A stretch of DNA of 64,000 nucleotides from Crocinitomicaceae bacterium (GTDB lineage Bacteria; Bacteroidota; Bacteroidia; Flavobacteriales_D; Crocinitomicaceae): assembly GCA_044372045.1 (NCBI GenBank), contig JBILSN010000006.1:11390-75389 (forward strand). The letters run 5' to 3'. Positions 27,812 to 37,836 of the stretch are shown here, piece after piece; positions within the stretch are counted from its first letter, which is position 1; every line of letters begins with the position of its first letter. The translations under genes and the position numbers were made by a program. The notes below the pieces were generated by a model, which was not told where the DNA came from, did no database searches, and saw nothing but the letters and a program-made list of their open reading frames with translations.

Positions 27812-27843
27812 AAAAAACCCTGAAGTTTCTTCGGGGTTTTTTT
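27812..27843. terminator. Bidirectional intrinsic terminator (tRNA-Phe on +, PKD adhesin gene on -)
   Basis: ccctgaag (27818-27825), loop ttt, cttcgggg (27829-27836), with one G-U pair. Flanked by an A-run and a T-run. Confidence 0.75.
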
Positions 27844-27859
27844 GTTTTTCATCTTTTTA

Positions 27860-30800
27860 TCATTCTCCATTCACCAAATGAATAAATCCGTGTTTGTCTA
27901 CTAATGTACCTCCCAGCATTTCACCGCGCAGGCGATAGAAGAACACGCCGTCGGTGTGGAGCTGCCCGTTGAGGTCGTAGCCATCCCAAACGGCAATGCC
28001 AGTTTGATTATTTAACTCAAAAACTAAATTGCCCCAACGGTTCAAAATTTGAATGTCGTAGCGTTTAAACGATGGGTAGGGCAATTCTACGATATCGTTA
28101 ATTCCATCGCCGTTAGGTGTGAATACATTCGGGACCCAAATATCGGGATCGGAGACATAAACCGTGATAAATGCCGTATCTATACAGCCAAGGTTATCGG
28201 TAATGGCCAATGCAATTTGCTGCGGACCAGCCGTACTGAAGATGATGCTTTGATCTGTACTCTGAAAATAGAGATTGCTGCTATCCGGAAAAATCCAAGT
28301 CCAAGAGCTGACTGGGTTTAGACTTGTGCTGGCATCAGTAAGCTCGATAACCTGATTGATATTCGCATAGACTGGATTGGCATTGATTTGTGCATCGAGG
28401 CCACTCACACTTGCTGTGATGGGGTCAAGGAGGTATAAAATTTGGCAGCCAGCTGTATCGTAAACCGTTACGCTAGGGTTGTAGGTACCCGTATTTGGAT
28501 AAAAATAGGGGAAGGTAAGGCTATCGCTTACCCAAATACCATTTCCAAGGTTCCAGCTCACAGAATCTATATTTGCTGCATTTTGAATGGTAAATAATGC
28601 CCCTTGTGCGCAAATGGTGTTGTCTTGTATCCAAATTGGGGTGCCGAGTGGCCCACCGATAGACACATAGTTGGCCACCGTAGTGTCATCTGTGCAACCA
28701 TATTGGTCCGTAACGGAAAGTATGAGGTTGAAAGAACCGCTGGTCACAAGTGTGTTGCTTGGGTTCTGTAGAATGGAGTTGTTGCCGTTGCCAAATGCCC
28801 AATTCCAGTTAGTAATGCTTCCCAGGCTTGTAGAAGCGTCGGTGAAGTCGCAAAAGAGGGGCGGGCAGCTATATTGGCCATTGGCATCTATGGCTGCTCC
28901 TGAGAAGGTGTAGGTTGGTTCGGCGTTGGGACTTGAAATATAGATGGTTTGTACCGTTGTATCTTTGCAACCATTCATATCCGTTACAATCAAAGAAATA
29001 GGGAAAGTCGAAAACAAACCATTGCCTGTTGGAGCCTGGTTCAATAAACACAAACTATCCGTCCCGGATGTAGCTGTTCCGATGAACCATTGGTATCCAA
29101 GTGGCCCTTGGCCCGTACTTAAACTGGCAATGAGGCTGCTATCTAAACTGCAAATAATAGTATCTGAAGCAATGATGGCAGTAGGTTTAGTGAGCGTAAT
29201 TTGTACTGTTGCTGGATTAGACACACAACCATTGATATCTGTTGCGGTTATTGTTGCCGTATAGATGCCATTGCCTACAAAAGTATGATTGATGGCCTGA
29301 TTGACGTTGTTGGTAGTAACCGTGGTATTGTTATCTGAAAACGTAGTATTGAAACTAGCTAAGGGAAGGCCATTGGTTATGCTGTAGCTTGTGTTGGTGA
29401 AGCTCACGGGAAATGGCGAACATCCTGCATACGACGGCGCTATAAGCCCTGCAACAGGCTTGTTGGCTACGTAGATAGGTTGTGTACTTGTAGAGGAGCA
29501 ACCTGCTGTATTAAAAACAAGTAACGTAATATTATAAAGTCCGCTTGCTGGGTATACATAGTTTACATTAGGTCCATTGTTGATTTGTTGCCCATTTCCA
29601 AACGTATAAAACCAGTCACTGACTGGATGTGAAGACCAAGTGGTGCTTTGGTTAAATAAGCCAATGGCGTCTCCCTTACAAATGGTGTCGTCGGGTAGTA
29701 AGAAATTGGATTGTAGTTGTGAAATAGTGACTGCCAAAGAGATGCTATCCGAACAGCCTGTGGTATAGTTGTGGACCACTTGTTCAATCTGATAGGTGCC
29801 GTAAGTAGCAAATGCGTGAGACGTGTTGCCTCCGTTGGGCAGGTCGAGCTGTGCATTGGTAAAATTTGTATTGGGCGTGTTGTCGTTCCATTCGTAGTGC
29901 AGGGCTACGCTATCCTCTAATTCGCCGTGAATGGCAGTATTCTGGAATTGAAAAGTTACAGGCAAACTCGTTGGATTGCATACTAAATAGGTATCGGGAT
30001 TGAACTGCGCAATTGGTGCTAAGACATAAAGTACAGAATCTTTAGTTAAACTGTCTATACAGCCTCTGAAATTGACGTACAAAGTAACTTCAACCCAACC
30101 TGTGTCTTGGGAAAATTGAAAGGTTGGGTCGTCTTGATTGCTAATGCCTTGCGAGAAGTCCCATAAATAAGAAATTTCAGTAGTGTCATAGGGGACCGAA
30201 ATGAAAAATTCAGATTCAAATTCGACATCGGTGTTGGCGCAGGTAATGTTGGGGTCCCAGCTGAAGTCTATAGAATCGATGGTTCCGACTGTAATGTACG
30301 GTGTTTTGACAATTGTATCAATACATCCTGAAGCAGTCGTAATGATCAGCGATACGTTAAAGACCCCAACGCCATAGGTTTGAGGTGGGGGGATCTGACC
30401 ATTATAAGTTTGCCCGTTGCCAAAATTCCATTGCCAAGAAACGATTGGGTTGCTCGGCGTAACTGACGTATCAATAAATTGCACTGTAAACGGAGCGCAA
30501 CCACCTGTATCCAACGCATAAAAACCAGCCTCTACAGGTGTCATTTCAATATAGTCTTGTAAAGTTTGCGTTCCGCTACAACCAGCACTGGAAGTGTAAG
30601 TAAGGCTTACATCATAAAAACCGCTGAGCTGATAAATATGCGCAGGCGGGTTGGCGCCTGTAAAAGTTTGGCCATCGCCAAAATTCCAAACATAAGTACC
30701 ATTTAAATTTGTGCTGTTTACAAATTGAATGCTACCAGGTGCGCAGTTGGCTGTTGGGTTGGCATAGAATGTGGGGATTGTATTGGCCTGAACTACAATT

Positions 30801-31600
30801 TGCTGTGTAGTGCTTGCGGTGCAGCCAGAATTGGTATTTTGTGAAGTAAGACTGACCGTATATGTGCCAGGAGCGTAATAGGTGACATTAGGGTTTTCGG
30901 CATTGCTTAGGCCTGCGCTGCCAAAGTTCCAGTTCCAGGCGTTTGCGCCTGCGGTGGAGTTATCTTGAAATGCAATGGGCTGCCCAACACAAGCGATTGC
31001 AGGCGCAGTAATACCGGCCTGAAAGTTGGATACAACTATGGTTTGTGTTTGGTTATTTACACAACCCGTACTGGTATTTGTGACGTTCAAAGCAACTTGA
31101 TAAGTGCCTTGTGTAGTGTAGGTAATACTTGGAGGTGTAAATTGACTTGAGGTTTGGCCGTTGCCAAAATTCCAAGCCTGTGAAAAATTGGCACCTTGAG
31201 ATGAGGTATTGGTAAAGGAAAGGGTAAGCGGAACCGTACAGCCGAGGCCATTGGCTGCAAAGCCTACATTTGGTAATGGGTTTACGGTAATATAAGCCGG
31301 TTTGATTTCGGCGTCGGCAACACCACTTGCATTAGTAGCAACAAGTGTGATGGTAAAAGTACCTGCCGTACTAAAGGCATGGCTAGCATTGGTACTGGTA
31401 GCAGCATTTCCATCGCCAAAATCCCATTGATAGGAGCTCAGTGCAGCCCCACCATTTGCACTAGAGGTATTGGTAAAATTTACATTTTGCCCTACACAAA
31501 CTGTTAAAGGGTTCGCTGTAAAATTGGCAATTGGGCTTTGCGCATAAATTTGGGTAAGAAGCCAGCTTAAACTGACAATTAAGAGGCGTAAAGGGATCAT
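27860..31600 (-). CDS. Giant PKD-repeat surface protein with a T9SS type B (gliding-motility-associated, CHU_C-like) C-terminal domain
   Basis: Signal peptide. About a dozen PKD-type motifs (WDFGDGN, WNFGNGQ, WNFGDGQ, WQWNFGNGQ, WNWAFGNGN and others). C-terminus VPNVFTPNGDGINDIV...YDIQILNRWGNLVF...WDG...GVFFY. Confidence 0.85.
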   Translation of the reverse strand: MIPLRLLIVSLSWLLTQIYAQSPIANFTANPLTVCVGQNVNFTNTSSANGGAALSSYQWDFGDGNAATSTNASHAFSTAGTFTITLVATNASGVADAEIKPAYITVNPLPNVGFAANGLGCTVPLTLSFTNTSSQGANFSQAWNFGNGQTSSQFTPPSITYTTQGTYQVALNVTNTSTGCVNNQTQTIVVSNFQAGITAPAIACVGQPIAFQDNSTAGANAWNWNFGSAGLSNAENPNVTYYAPGTYTVSLTSQNTNSGCTASTTQQIVVQANTIPTFYANPTANCAPGSIQFVNSTNLNGTYVWNFGDGQTFTGANPPAHIYQLSGFYDVSLTYTSSAGCSGTQTLQDYIEMTPVEAGFYALDTGGCAPFTVQFIDTSVTPSNPIVSWQWNFGNGQTYNGQIPPPQTYGVGVFNVSLIITTASGCIDTIVKTPYITVGTIDSIDFSWDPNITCANTDVEFESEFFISVPYDTTEISYLWDFSQGISNQDDPTFQFSQDTGWVEVTLYVNFRGCIDSLTKDSVLYVLAPIAQFNPDTYLVCNPTSLPVTFQFQNTAIHGELEDSVALHYEWNDNTPNTNFTNAQLDLPNGGNTSHAFATYGTYQIEQVVHNYTTGCSDSISLAVTISQLQSNFLLPDDTICKGDAIGLFNQSTTWSSHPVSDWFYTFGNGQQINNGPNVNYVYPASGLYNITLLVFNTAGCSSTSTQPIYVANKPVAGLIAPSYAGCSPFPVSFTNTSYSITNGLPLASFNTTFSDNNTTVTTNNVNQAINHTFVGNGIYTATITATDINGCVSNPATVQITLTKPTAIIASDTIICSLDSSLIASLSTGQGPLGYQWFIGTATSGTDSLCLLNQAPTGNGLFSTFPISLIVTDMNGCKDTTVQTIYISSPNAEPTYTFSGAAIDANGQYSCPPLFCDFTDASTSLGSITNWNWAFGNGNNSILQNPSNTLVTSGSFNLILSVTDQYGCTDDTTVANYVSIGGPLGTPIWIQDNTICAQGALFTIQNAANIDSVSWNLGNGIWVSDSLTFPYFYPNTGTYNPSVTVYDTAGCQILYLLDPITASVSGLDAQINANPVYANINQVIELTDASTSLNPVSSWTWIFPDSSNLYFQSTDQSIIFSTAGPQQIALAITDNLGCIDTAFITVYVSDPDIWVPNVFTPNGDGINDIVELPYPSFKRYDIQILNRWGNLVFELNNQTGIAVWDGYDLNGQLHTDGVFFYRLRGEMLGGTLVDKHGFIHLVNGE

Positions 31601-31639
31601 ATCAGTATATTAACGTATAAAGAACGAATAAAGTTGCTT

Positions 31640-32689
31640 TTAGGGGTTGATAGACCTTAAATATTCAGGAAAATTCGCCTCCATAGCCGGGAAAAATACA
31701 TGACCTAAAATCAGCGGATTGAAAACGAAATATTGACAACGTACAAGCGCTCCGTCGGGTAGTTGACACCAGAAGCTATTCATATCCATATTGACCAACT
31801 CTCCAAACTCATTGCGTTGTACCTCTTTACTTTTAATGCGGAACATTTTAAGAGAAATGCGCTCGTTGTTCGTTTTAACCTCTAATCTACAGAAGGGCTG
31901 ACTATTTTTAACACTGTCTACCTGATTGTCGGACAGCGAAAAGTTCATTTGTTCAAAATGTATTTTTTGATAGCCTTGAAGGTAGCGATAGACATTAGTG
32001 GTGTCGAGACTCGTTAACGGTTGGCCATTTTGCGTTACTTGGAATCGACGACCTTTTTTTTGGAGCTCAAAGCTGCGGTAAGCTTCCTGATAAAATTTTG
32101 CTTTAACGCTTTTGATATCTTCTATTTGTAGGGCCATAATTTCGGTGCAGGCCCATTGGCGTGCATCTGCAAAAAAGCGGGGATCTATCAGGCCGTTCAT
32201 ACCGGCAAGTTTCATCATAACGGGGCTTGCACTCTTCCCTTCTTTGGCGGTTTCTAAAAGCATAATTTGGCCGTAATGATCAGGGCTTGCTGGCCCCATA
32301 TACCAAGTTTTGGTCCATTCTCCGTCTTGAAAGATTTCCACTTTAATGTGCGAGCTGGCCATCAGTTCAGTAAAGCGCTTTTCAGATTTTTGAGGAAGGT
32401 AGCCCTTGAATTCAATTTTGTGGAGGGCCTCTAAAATCAAAGAGACGTTCGTTTGAGCAACACAGCCCCCTTTAAGATCAGTCCAGGAGTTGTTCTTCTT
32501 GATCAATGTGAATTGTTGGCCAAAAGCATCGGTAATGATGATTTTGGATACCGTAGTGGTGTCTTCAATTTTGAAGTTAAACGCACGAGCGTCAGATGCA
32601 CCCTGTTTATCTTTTAAGTTCAACGCAAACCAGGATAGGCAAGCCAGAAGTATGATAAATAAAGCAAGAATGAGACCTTTTTTCTTCAT
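31640..32689 (-). CDS. DUF4340-like protein (GldG-associated)
   Basis: N-terminal anchor MKKKGLILALFIILLACLSWF. Its position immediately after gldG is typical for this family. The family call is from memory of the architecture. Confidence 0.6.
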   Translation of the reverse strand: MKKKGLILALFIILLACLSWFALNLKDKQGASDARAFNFKIEDTTTVSKIIITDAFGQQFTLIKKNNSWTDLKGGCVAQTNVSLILEALHKIEFKGYLPQKSEKRFTELMASSHIKVEIFQDGEWTKTWYMGPASPDHYGQIMLLETAKEGKSASPVMMKLAGMNGLIDPRFFADARQWACTEIMALQIEDIKSVKAKFYQEAYRSFELQKKGRRFQVTQNGQPLTSLDTTNVYRYLQGYQKIHFEQMNFSLSDNQVDSVKNSQPFCRLEVKTNNERISLKMFRIKSKEVQRNEFGELVNMDMNSFWCQLPDGALVRCQYFVFNPLILGHVFFPAMEANFPEYLRSINP

Positions 32690-32701
32690 GGAGCGTAGTA
32701 A

Positions 32702-34489
32702 TTATCGGGTGTAGCGTCTTTTGCGGATCAAGTTCATGACAAATGCAAGCACCAGAATCAGTATCAAAGGTGTGAGCATATTGATGCTCTTATAAAAGAG
32801 AGATGAAGATTTTACTTTTTCTTTGTCGATTTCTTTGATATCGATTTGACGGCTGCGGATATCGAGTACAGAGTTGTCGCCCATCATGTAGTCGACAATA
32901 TTTTGAAAAAGCTCTTGGTTGCCAAACACAATAGGTATGCGTCTTTGTGCCAATTCAGCATCTACTTTGAGCTCGTTTATAGCAATCGGACGATACATAT
33001 AGCTATTGATTTTTTTAGGGTCGAGAATCGAGTCATAGCTATTCCGAATAAAACTCCCGTTGCCCACTACCAAAATTTTGGTTTCCTTCTGACTTTCTTC
33101 TAAGTAATTGGCATCCTTACTTTTGGCGAATTCTGCCACAATACGGTTTTTAAAATGAGACTGATAAAAGCCTTCGGACAAGCCAGCCACACAAAGTTTG
33201 TTGATTTCATCTTCTGGATTATCTACAAGTTTTGGATTCTTGCCATAATTGAGTGGCAAGGCCAAATTTACCAAGGGTTGTAAGCCACTAGGGACCGCAT
33301 TGCTAGAACTCGTTAAGATAGGGGTGAGTTGCGCTTTTGGAAGCTGAACAAATTCAATCTCATTCGTGTATTTGAGAGAAATAGGGTCTACATTGCGCGT
33401 CATTGGGTGCAAGCTTGGGGTGGCGAGCATATGATAAAACCATGGAAGAAAGGCGGTTTCGGCAAACGGAACAATTTTTGGTGCACAATTAGCATCGAGC
33501 ACAAAGTTTTCTTTGATTTTGATACCGTAGTCGAATAGCAAGCGGTCGAGTAAAAGATTTTTACGCGTACTGTGGGTCATGCCGGTGGCATTTAGGGTAT
33601 CTTCGTTGAGCGCAAGTGTATTCATAAAGCACATCAGCTTACCACCTCTGAGCACAAACTGATCGATGAGGTAAAGATCTTTTTGAGAAAAAGGAGACTG
33701 TGGATCGGCAATAATGAGTCCATCGACTTCTTTAAGGGCTGCAATGCTGTCGTTGAGCAGTACATCTTTAATTTGATAATATGGCGATATGAGCGCCCGA
33801 GCACGCATGGTTTCTGCAGGGTTGAGTTCGCCATGGCCTTGTAAAAAAGCGATGGTTGGTCTACTTGTTTGGGTCAGGCGGCGCATGGCCGAAAGCAAGT
33901 TGTATTCTAAATTATTGAGCGCATTCTCAATAAGCTCACTCATTTGTTCGAGGGCATATGGTCGCCCTGGCTGTGTACCAGGTAGCAACTGAACAACGCC
34001 TTCTTTGGTAATCCCATTGACACTGTAAGAAAGCAATGCGCCAGGAAACAAAAGCATCTGACTTTGGGTTCCGTCTTTGAGGTAAAGGATTTCTAACGGC
34101 AATATACCGCGTCCACGATCGTAGAGCTGTGCACGAAGGGCATTGATTTCGTCTTCTGTCCCTACGTTAGGATCCGTAAATAAAAACTCGACACGTGCAC
34201 CCGCGATGCGCTTAAAGTCTTTGAGTTTGTCTTTAAGTGCATTTTGAAAGTTCTTGAGTTCTGAGGGCATATTGCCATCTAAGTATATTTGAATACTGAT
34301 ACGGTTTTCGAAGTTTTTCTTGTCGGAGAGATAAGAGACCGTGCTTTGTGCCAATGAATAGCGTTGGTCTTTAGTCATGTCGAGCTTCAAGTAAAGCATA
34401 GAACCAATAAAATTCAGCAAGACCAACACAGCGGCGAGTAAACCGAGAACGGTCCAGTTGTAAATACCTTTGGTGAAGTTGAATTTCAT
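32702..34489 (-). CDS. gldG: Gliding-motility-associated ABC transporter accessory/substrate-binding protein GldG
   Basis: N- and C-terminal TM anchors around a large periplasmic domain. Lies 3 nt downstream of the ABC-2 permease gldF. The size (595 aa) fits. Confidence 0.75.
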   Translation of the reverse strand: MKFNFTKGIYNWTVLGLLAAVLVLLNFIGSMLYLKLDMTKDQRYSLAQSTVSYLSDKKNFENRISIQIYLDGNMPSELKNFQNALKDKLKDFKRIAGARVEFLFTDPNVGTEDEINALRAQLYDRGRGILPLEILYLKDGTQSQMLLFPGALLSYSVNGITKEGVVQLLPGTQPGRPYALEQMSELIENALNNLEYNLLSAMRRLTQTSRPTIAFLQGHGELNPAETMRARALISPYYQIKDVLLNDSIAALKEVDGLIIADPQSPFSQKDLYLIDQFVLRGGKLMCFMNTLALNEDTLNATGMTHSTRKNLLLDRLLFDYGIKIKENFVLDANCAPKIVPFAETAFLPWFYHMLATPSLHPMTRNVDPISLKYTNEIEFVQLPKAQLTPILTSSSNAVPSGLQPLVNLALPLNYGKNPKLVDNPEDEINKLCVAGLSEGFYQSHFKNRIVAEFAKSKDANYLEESQKETKILVVGNGSFIRNSYDSILDPKKINSYMYRPIAINELKVDAELAQRRIPIVFGNQELFQNIVDYMMGDNSVLDIRSRQIDIKEIDKEKVKSSSLFYKSINMLTPLILILVLAFVMNLIRKRRYTR

Positions 34490-34492
34490 GGG

Positions 34493-35224
34493 TTACTTTT
34501 TGAGCGATTTGAGAACAGTGAGCGAAGCCACCAAAAAGAGGGCATTCAGGCTAAAAAAATAAAGGATATCGCTTGTGTCAATGACACCTTTTTTGATGGC
34601 TTCGTAATGAAAAGCCATACCGATATATTTAATAAGGTAATCTAAGCCACCAATCTGACTAAAATTCCCTACTAATTCAAAACCATCATAAAACACCCAG
34701 CACATGAACATTGCAAGAATAAACGCAACTATTTGGCTGTGGGTGAGTGCGGAGGCAAACATTCCAATTGCAACAAATGAAGCGCCGAGCAAAAGCAGCC
34801 CGATATAAGAGGTAAAGGTGGCACCTAAATCGATGTTGCCAATGGGTTTACCTAAGTAATACATGCTAACTAGATAGACGATAGTAGGTACGATAGCCAC
34901 GAATACCAAAGCTACCCCTGCAAGATATTTAGCAAAAATGAGTTGAAAATCTGAGATAGGACGTGTGAGTAGTAATTCTATGGTGCCAGTACGGCGCTCT
35001 TCTGCGATAGAACGCATGGTGATGGCCGGAATCAGGATCAGAAAGATCACTGGCGACATGTTGAAGAAGGGAATGAGGTCTGCTGTAGAGCCTTCGAGTA
35101 AGTTGGTATTGTAGGTGAGTATCCAGTGAAAGAGACCGCAAGCAATTAGGTAGATGAGGATAAATACATAACCGATGACGGAACTCAGGAAGCTCGATAT
35201 TTCTTTGAGGAATAGGGCGCGCAT
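34493..35224 (-). CDS. gldF: Gliding-motility-associated ABC-2 type permease GldF
   Basis: Six-TM ABC-2 permease with the EERRTGTIELLLTRPIS motif. Paired with gldG. Confidence 0.8.
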   Translation of the reverse strand: MRALFLKEISSFLSSVIGYVFILIYLIACGLFHWILTYNTNLLEGSTADLIPFFNMSPVIFLILIPAITMRSIAEERRTGTIELLLTRPISDFQLIFAKYLAGVALVFVAIVPTIVYLVSMYYLGKPIGNIDLGATFTSYIGLLLLGASFVAIGMFASALTHSQIVAFILAMFMCWVFYDGFELVGNFSQIGGLDYLIKYIGMAFHYEAIKKGVIDTSDILYFFSLNALFLVASLTVLKSLKK

Positions 35225-35241
35225 AGTAAAAGTTGAGTTGT

Positions 35242-35249
35242 CAAATTTA
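35242..35249 (-). promoter_or_regulatory. Candidate -7 box TAAATTTG upstream of gldF
   Basis: The reverse strand reads TAAATTTG, 17 nt before ATG 35224. Confidence 0.35.
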
Positions 35250-35266
35250 ACAAATATCTATAAACG

Positions 35267-35296
35267 AAAATTCCCGCCTTGTGGGGCGGGAATTTT
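35267..35296 (-). terminator. Intrinsic terminator after the cold-shock gene
   Basis: aaaattcccgcc (35267-35278), loop ttgtgg, ggcgggaatttt (35285-35296). The reverse strand gives a GC-rich stem followed by TTTT. Confidence 0.8.
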
Positions 35297-35314
35297 AGAT
35301 ACACTCAATCTTAA

Positions 35315-35506
35315 TTATGCTTGTTTCACATTCACGGCGTTCAAACCTTTACGGCCTTCTTGCAACTCGAATTCGACTTCGTCATTTTCTTTGATTTTGT
35401 CTACCAAACCGGTTACATGAACAAAATATTCTTTGTTCGTGTCTTCTTCAACAATAAATCCAAAACCCTTGGTTTCGTTGAAAAATTTTACATGTCCTTT
35501 ACTCAT
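35315..35506 (-). CDS. Cold-shock protein (CspA family)
   Basis: GHVKFFNETKGFGFI (RNP1) and YFVHV (RNP2). 63 aa. Confidence 0.95.
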   Translation of the reverse strand: MSKGHVKFFNETKGFGFIVEEDTNKEYFVHVTGLVDKIKENDEVEFELQEGRKGLNAVNVKQA

Positions 35507-35555
35507 TCTAATAATATTAATTTCGGTAAAGGTAAGGACCTATTTGTGTTTTACA

Positions 35556-35864
35556 CTATTTTTCTGAAATAAATCCGTTAAAATTTTGATTTAAACTCCA
35601 CGCTTCGGCCTTCTGGGCAAACCAGGGCTTGATTTTCGGCCATATAGAAGCGAAAAGTTCTGAGGCTCTGTAATTGGCTAAATCTTGTTCTGAGTGCCAA
35701 ATTGAGTAGGTAAAAAAGAGGCAAGGGTCATTTGAATCTTGTAGTAATTGCATGCCGCTGCAACCCGGGAAATGGGCAACTTGCCATTTGATACTTTCAA
35801 AATGTTCAAGGAAGTCCGAAAGACGTTCTTGCTCAAATTTCATTTTGACTACTCTAATCAGCAT
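35556..35864 (-). CDS. ABM (antibiotic biosynthesis monooxygenase-like) small ferredoxin-fold protein
   Basis: About 100 aa with LIRVVKMKF...FPGCSGMQLL...FFTYSIWHSEQDLANYRAS. ATG 35864 overlaps the upstream stop (TGATG). Confidence 0.6.
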   Translation of the reverse strand: MLIRVVKMKFEQERLSDFLEHFESIKWQVAHFPGCSGMQLLQDSNDPCLFFTYSIWHSEQDLANYRASELFASIWPKIKPWFAQKAEAWSLNQNFNGFISEK

Positions 35865-36715
35865 CAAAAGAGCGATTGGATATTTTCTTTGGAACCTTGT
35901 GGTGTAAATTCAACGTGAACGGGATCGCCGATGCGCATGCCAAAAAGTTTACTTGCGCCGCCAAAACCATTATTGGCTCCGCGGTTAATGGCAATTTCTA
36001 AGTGGCCCGAACTATTAAAGATAGCGACGCGTTCTCCTTGTGAAACCGCATTGTAGGTTTGGGATATTTCGTCGATAAAATATTCTTTTTTCTGGTATTT
36101 AATGATGAAAGGTACATCGTTGCCAAAGCGTTCGAAGTCTGTACGCGTAATGTTGGTGATCAGGTTGCCGAAGCTATCAATGTGTATGACAATACCACGA
36201 ATGAGCAACTGATCAATGGCTGGTTTTTGATCGAAAGCGCGTTTGTAAGTGCCAGACGCTTCGCAAAAACTAGAAAGCGGCTCTTTGTTGGCGATGCGCT
36301 GCGCAAGTTGAATAAAGCAATTTTTGGTCGTAAAGCGCCAAGACTCGGGTTCGTCTTTGATGGCACTATAGAGATAGAATTCGTCTGCGCTGTTTTCTTC
36401 GAGAAAACTACCAAAAAAACCGTTGTCGTTACAGATAAAAAATTGGTCTTTGAATTTGAGAATACCGGGATAGCGTTCCTTTTGGGCTTCAAATTGAGGT
36501 TCGCTGTCTACGCCAATGAGGTGAATAGTGCCTGCTGGGAATTCCTCGTAGCAACAACGCAATTGAAAGGCGGCTTCTCGGATGTTAAAGGGGGTTATGC
36601 CATGACTAATGTCGATGATATGGGCAGCAGGGAATGCTTGAAAAAGCTTTCCTTTGATAGCAGCGACGTAGTAGTCGTGGTAGCCGTTGTCTGTAGTGAG
36701 CGTAATGATTTGCAT
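35864..36715 (-). CDS. SAM hydrolase / SAM hydroxide adenosyltransferase family protein (DUF62)
   Basis: N-terminus IITLTTDNGYHDYYVAAIKG, HLIGVDS, IDSFGNLITNI. Confidence 0.8.
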   Translation of the reverse strand: MQIITLTTDNGYHDYYVAAIKGKLFQAFPAAHIIDISHGITPFNIREAAFQLRCCYEEFPAGTIHLIGVDSEPQFEAQKERYPGILKFKDQFFICNDNGFFGSFLEENSADEFYLYSAIKDEPESWRFTTKNCFIQLAQRIANKEPLSSFCEASGTYKRAFDQKPAIDQLLIRGIVIHIDSFGNLITNITRTDFERFGNDVPFIIKYQKKEYFIDEISQTYNAVSQGERVAIFNSSGHLEIAINRGANNGFGGASKLFGMRIGDPVHVEFTPQGSKENIQSLF

Positions 36716-36806
36716 AGCTGAGAAGGCAACTTTGTGCTCAGAAATTCATAATTTTACCAAAAGTAATTGAATTCGTTAGAAACCCTTCATAAAACCATCA
36801 AATAAA

Positions 36807-37820
36807 TTGAGTTCAGGTCAACGTCAGATCAGCATTGAAGGCCTTAATCCGGCCGAAATCTATGGTATCAATAATGCTAACCTCAAACACATCAAGAGTT
36901 TCTTTCCCAAACTCAAGGTCGTGGCCCGTGGCAATGAGCTCACCCTTGCAGGTGACGACGAGGTCATGGATGAATTCGAGCGTAAATTTGCGCTTATCGT
37001 ACAACATTATCATACCTATAACGCAGTTACCGAGAACAACATCGACAACCTTATGTTGCAAGACGGCGCCAAATTGCTTTCCCAAGACGACGGCTCCGAA
37101 ACACTTGTCCATGGGAATGGTGGGGTAAAAATCAAAGCCCGAACCGTCAATCAAAAAAAGTTGGTTCAGGCTGTTATGGAGTCTGATATGGTTTTTGCCG
37201 TTGGGCCTGCCGGTACGGGCAAAACCTACACAGCTGTTGCCATGGCAGTACGCGCTTTGAAAGCCAAAGAGGTAAAGCGCATTATTTTGACACGTCCTGC
37301 TGTGGAAGCCGGCGAAAATCTCGGTTTTTTACCCGGAGACCTCAAAGAAAAGCTCGATCCATACCTCATGCCGCTCTACGACGCCCTCCGCGACATGATC
37401 CCCGCAGAGAAACTTGCCGATATGATTGAATTTGGCGTCATCGAAATTGCACCGCTTGCGTTTATGCGGGGCAGAACCCTGGATAAAGCCTTTGTAATAC
37501 TAGACGAAGCACAGAATACCACCCAAATGCAAATGAAGATGTTTCTGACCCGCATGGGTATGACTGCTAAATTTGTCATCACCGGCGACATGTCTCAGGT
37601 GGATCTCCCATCGCGTCAGCGCTCGGGTTTGTCTTATGCACTAGATGTGCTCAAAGATATTGGCGAGATCAAAATTGTGCGTTTGGGTCAGTCAGACGTC
37701 ATTCGCCACCGCTTGGTCAAGCAAATTATTCAGGCTTTTGATGTAGCGGAGCACCAAGAAAAAATCGACAAGCAAGCAAAAAAAGATCAGCAAGAAAAAC
37801 AACAACAAAAGAACTCTTAA
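36807..37820 (+). CDS. phoH: PhoH family ATPase
   Basis: Walker [10 protein letters not shown], Walker [19 protein letters not shown]. The track start is TTG, so the true start is uncertain. Confidence 0.9.
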   Translation: MSSGQRQISIEGLNPAEIYGINNANLKHIKSFFPKLKVVARGNELTLAGDDEVMDEFERKFALIVQHYHTYNAVTENNIDNLMLQDGAKLLSQDDGSETLVHGNGGVKIKARTVNQKKLVQAVMESDMVFAVGPAGTGKTYTAVAMAVRALKAKEVKRIILTRPAVEAGENLGFLPGDLKEKLDPYLMPLYDALRDMIPAEKLADMIEFGVIEIAPLAFMRGRTLDKAFVILDEAQNTTQMQMKMFLTRMGMTAKFVITGDMSQVDLPSRQRSGLSYALDVLKDIGEIKIVRLGQSDVIRHRLVKQIIQAFDVAEHQEKIDKQAKKDQQEKQQQKNS

Positions 37821-37836
37821 ACACCAAATCATTTTT

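Noticed and set aside
27736-27859. tRNA-Phe as a possible integration site for a genomic island, with the giant PKD gene as cargo
   Set aside because: There is no integrase, no direct repeat of the tRNA 3' end that I could find downstream, and no compositional break visible by eye. The flanking genes are core Bacteroidota functions (coaX, gldFG).
36059-36721. A 220-aa ORF on the plus strand, and a 110-aa minus-strand alternate-frame ORF, inside the DUF62 SAM hydrolase gene
   Set aside because: It lies antisense to, or out of frame with, a gene whose family motifs are clear. Its translation is low-complexity with no recognisable domain, and it has no promoter box or plausible start context. 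It is a typical shadow ORF.
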